Of a stretch of DNA of 64,000 nucleotides, positions 62,886 to 64,000 are shown in pieces. Every line of letters starts with the position of its first letter. The stretch's first letter is position 1. A program made the position numbers and the translations under genes. The stretch spans positions 86,064-150,063 of the forward strand of contig CAWDXE010000006.1 in assembly GCA_963806185.1 (NCBI GenBank), given 5' to 3'. The notes under the pieces are model-generated. The model was not told where the DNA came from. It worked only from the letters and a program-made list of their open reading frames with translations, and made no database searches. The stretch is from an uncultured candidate division Zixibacteria bacterium (lineage in GTDB: Bacteria > Zixibacteria > MSB-5A5 > GN15 > FEB-12).

Positions 62886-64000
62886 TCACCCCATAAACGG
62901 ATACCGGAAATCCTTCGGTGGTACGAAGTTCTCCTTGATCGACCGCGGCGACGTCCATCTCAGCATATTCTGAATGCCGCCCGCCTTGTCGTTGGTGCCG
63001 CTGGCTCGTCCGCCGCCAAACGGCTGCTGCCCCACTACTGCGCCGGTCGGCTTATCGTTGATATAGAAATTTCCCGCCGCATTGCGCAAAGTCCGCTCGG
63101 CCAGCGCAATCGCCGACCGGTCGGTCGCAAACACCGCGCCGGTCAAAGCGTAGGGTGACGTTTGATCGCACAGGTGCAGAGTCTTGGCGAATTCGTCGTC
63201 TTCATAGATGAACATCGTCATCACCGGGCCGAAGATCTCTTCTTCCAGCGTTTTGTAGTGCGGATTGCTGGTGACGATAACAGTCGGTTTGATGAAGAAG
63301 CCGTTAGTTTTGTCGTATTCGCCGCCGATCAGAATCTCGGCGTCTTTCTGCGTTTTGGTGTAATCGATATACGCCGTGATCGATTTGAAAGCGCTCTCGT
63401 CGATCACCGCATTGATGAAGTTGCCGAAATCCTCCGGATCACCCATCTTCATCGCCGACACCTGCGCCACGATTTTCTCTTTCAGAGCCGGCCAGAGCGA
63501 CTTGGGCAGATAGGCGCGCGACGCCGCACTGCATTTCTGACCCTGGTATTCAAATGCGCCACGCGTGATCGCAGTCGCTAATGCGTCGACCTCCGCGCTC
63601 GGATGCGCCACGATGAAATCCTTGCCCCCAGTCTCGCCGACAATACGCGGATACGATTTGTAGACGGCGATATTCTCGCCGATCGTCTTCCACATCGACT
63701 GGAACACGCCGGTCGAGCCGGTGAAATGAATTCCGGCCAGCATCTTGTTTTTCAGCACGACGTCGCTCACCGAGCCGCCGCGCGCGAAGATCAGATTGAT
63801 CACGCCGGCAGGAAGTCCCGCCTCGCGCAGAATCTTCATGATGAAGTACGACGTGTACGCGACGGTCGACGCCGGTTTCCAGACCGCCACGTTGCCGAGC
63901 ATGGCCGGCGCGGTCGGCAGGTTGCCGTTGATCGAAACGAAATTGAACGGCGACACGCAGAAGACGTACCCTTCGAGCGGACGGTGATCCATCCGGTTCC
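62886..64000 (-). CDS. pruA: L-glutamate gamma-semialdehyde (P5C) dehydrogenase, 5'-truncated by the window
   Basis: RPLEG..SPFNF, FTGST, GETGGK, EYQGQKCSA, EEIFGP and NDKPTGAVVGQQPFGG motifs. Confidence 0.95.
   Translation of the reverse strand, partial: NRMDHRPLEGYVFCVSPFNFVSINGNLPTAPAMLGNVAVWKPASTVAYTSYFIMKILREAGLPAGVINLIFARGGSVSDVVLKNKMLAGIHFTGSTGVFQSMWKTIGENIAVYKSYPRIVGETGGKDFIVAHPSAEVDALATAITRGAFEYQGQKCSAASRAYLPKSLWPALKEKIVAQVSAMKMGDPEDFGNFINAVIDESAFKSITAYIDYTKTQKDAEILIGGEYDKTNGFFIKPTVIVTSNPHYKTLEEEIFGPVMTMFIYEDDEFAKTLHLCDQTSPYALTGAVFATDRSAIALAERTLRNAAGNFYINDKPTGAVVGQQPFGGGRASGTNDKAGGIQNMLRWTSPRSIKENFVPPKDFRYPFMG

Overview
A GC-rich bacterial chromosome segment. The many dockerin-type and T9SS type-A C-terminal-domain proteins suggest an FCB-related lineage such as candidate division Zixibacteria (inference). 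Housekeeping genes are thyX, an M32 carboxypeptidase, PMM/PGM, purine nucleoside phosphorylase, a SufS-like desulfurase, yggS, divIVA and pruA. Between them lie many secreted proteins. Two paralogous Cys-rich Ig-repeat proteins (one about 3,440 aa) end in cohesin-like + dockerin-like + T9SS-CTD modules, and three proteins (an M6 protease, an S8 protease and a hypothetical protein) carry a second dockerin class; together they suggest a cellulosome-like protease scaffold. An AT-richer two-gene insert at 36.8-39.05 kb pairs a PD-(D/E)xK nuclease protein with a frameshift-hidden ~200 aa protein whose pattern resembles a truncated HK97/encapsulin capsid fold, making it a candidate new anti-phage system. 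A RAYT transposase is flanked by inverted 27-bp REPs and sits between two gene remnants, and several intergenic regions are mosaics of at least eight palindromic repeat families. Several genes carry single-base indels that are probably long-read assembly errors. I recognised no rRNA, tRNA or CRISPR array. All calls were made by eye, with no database searches.
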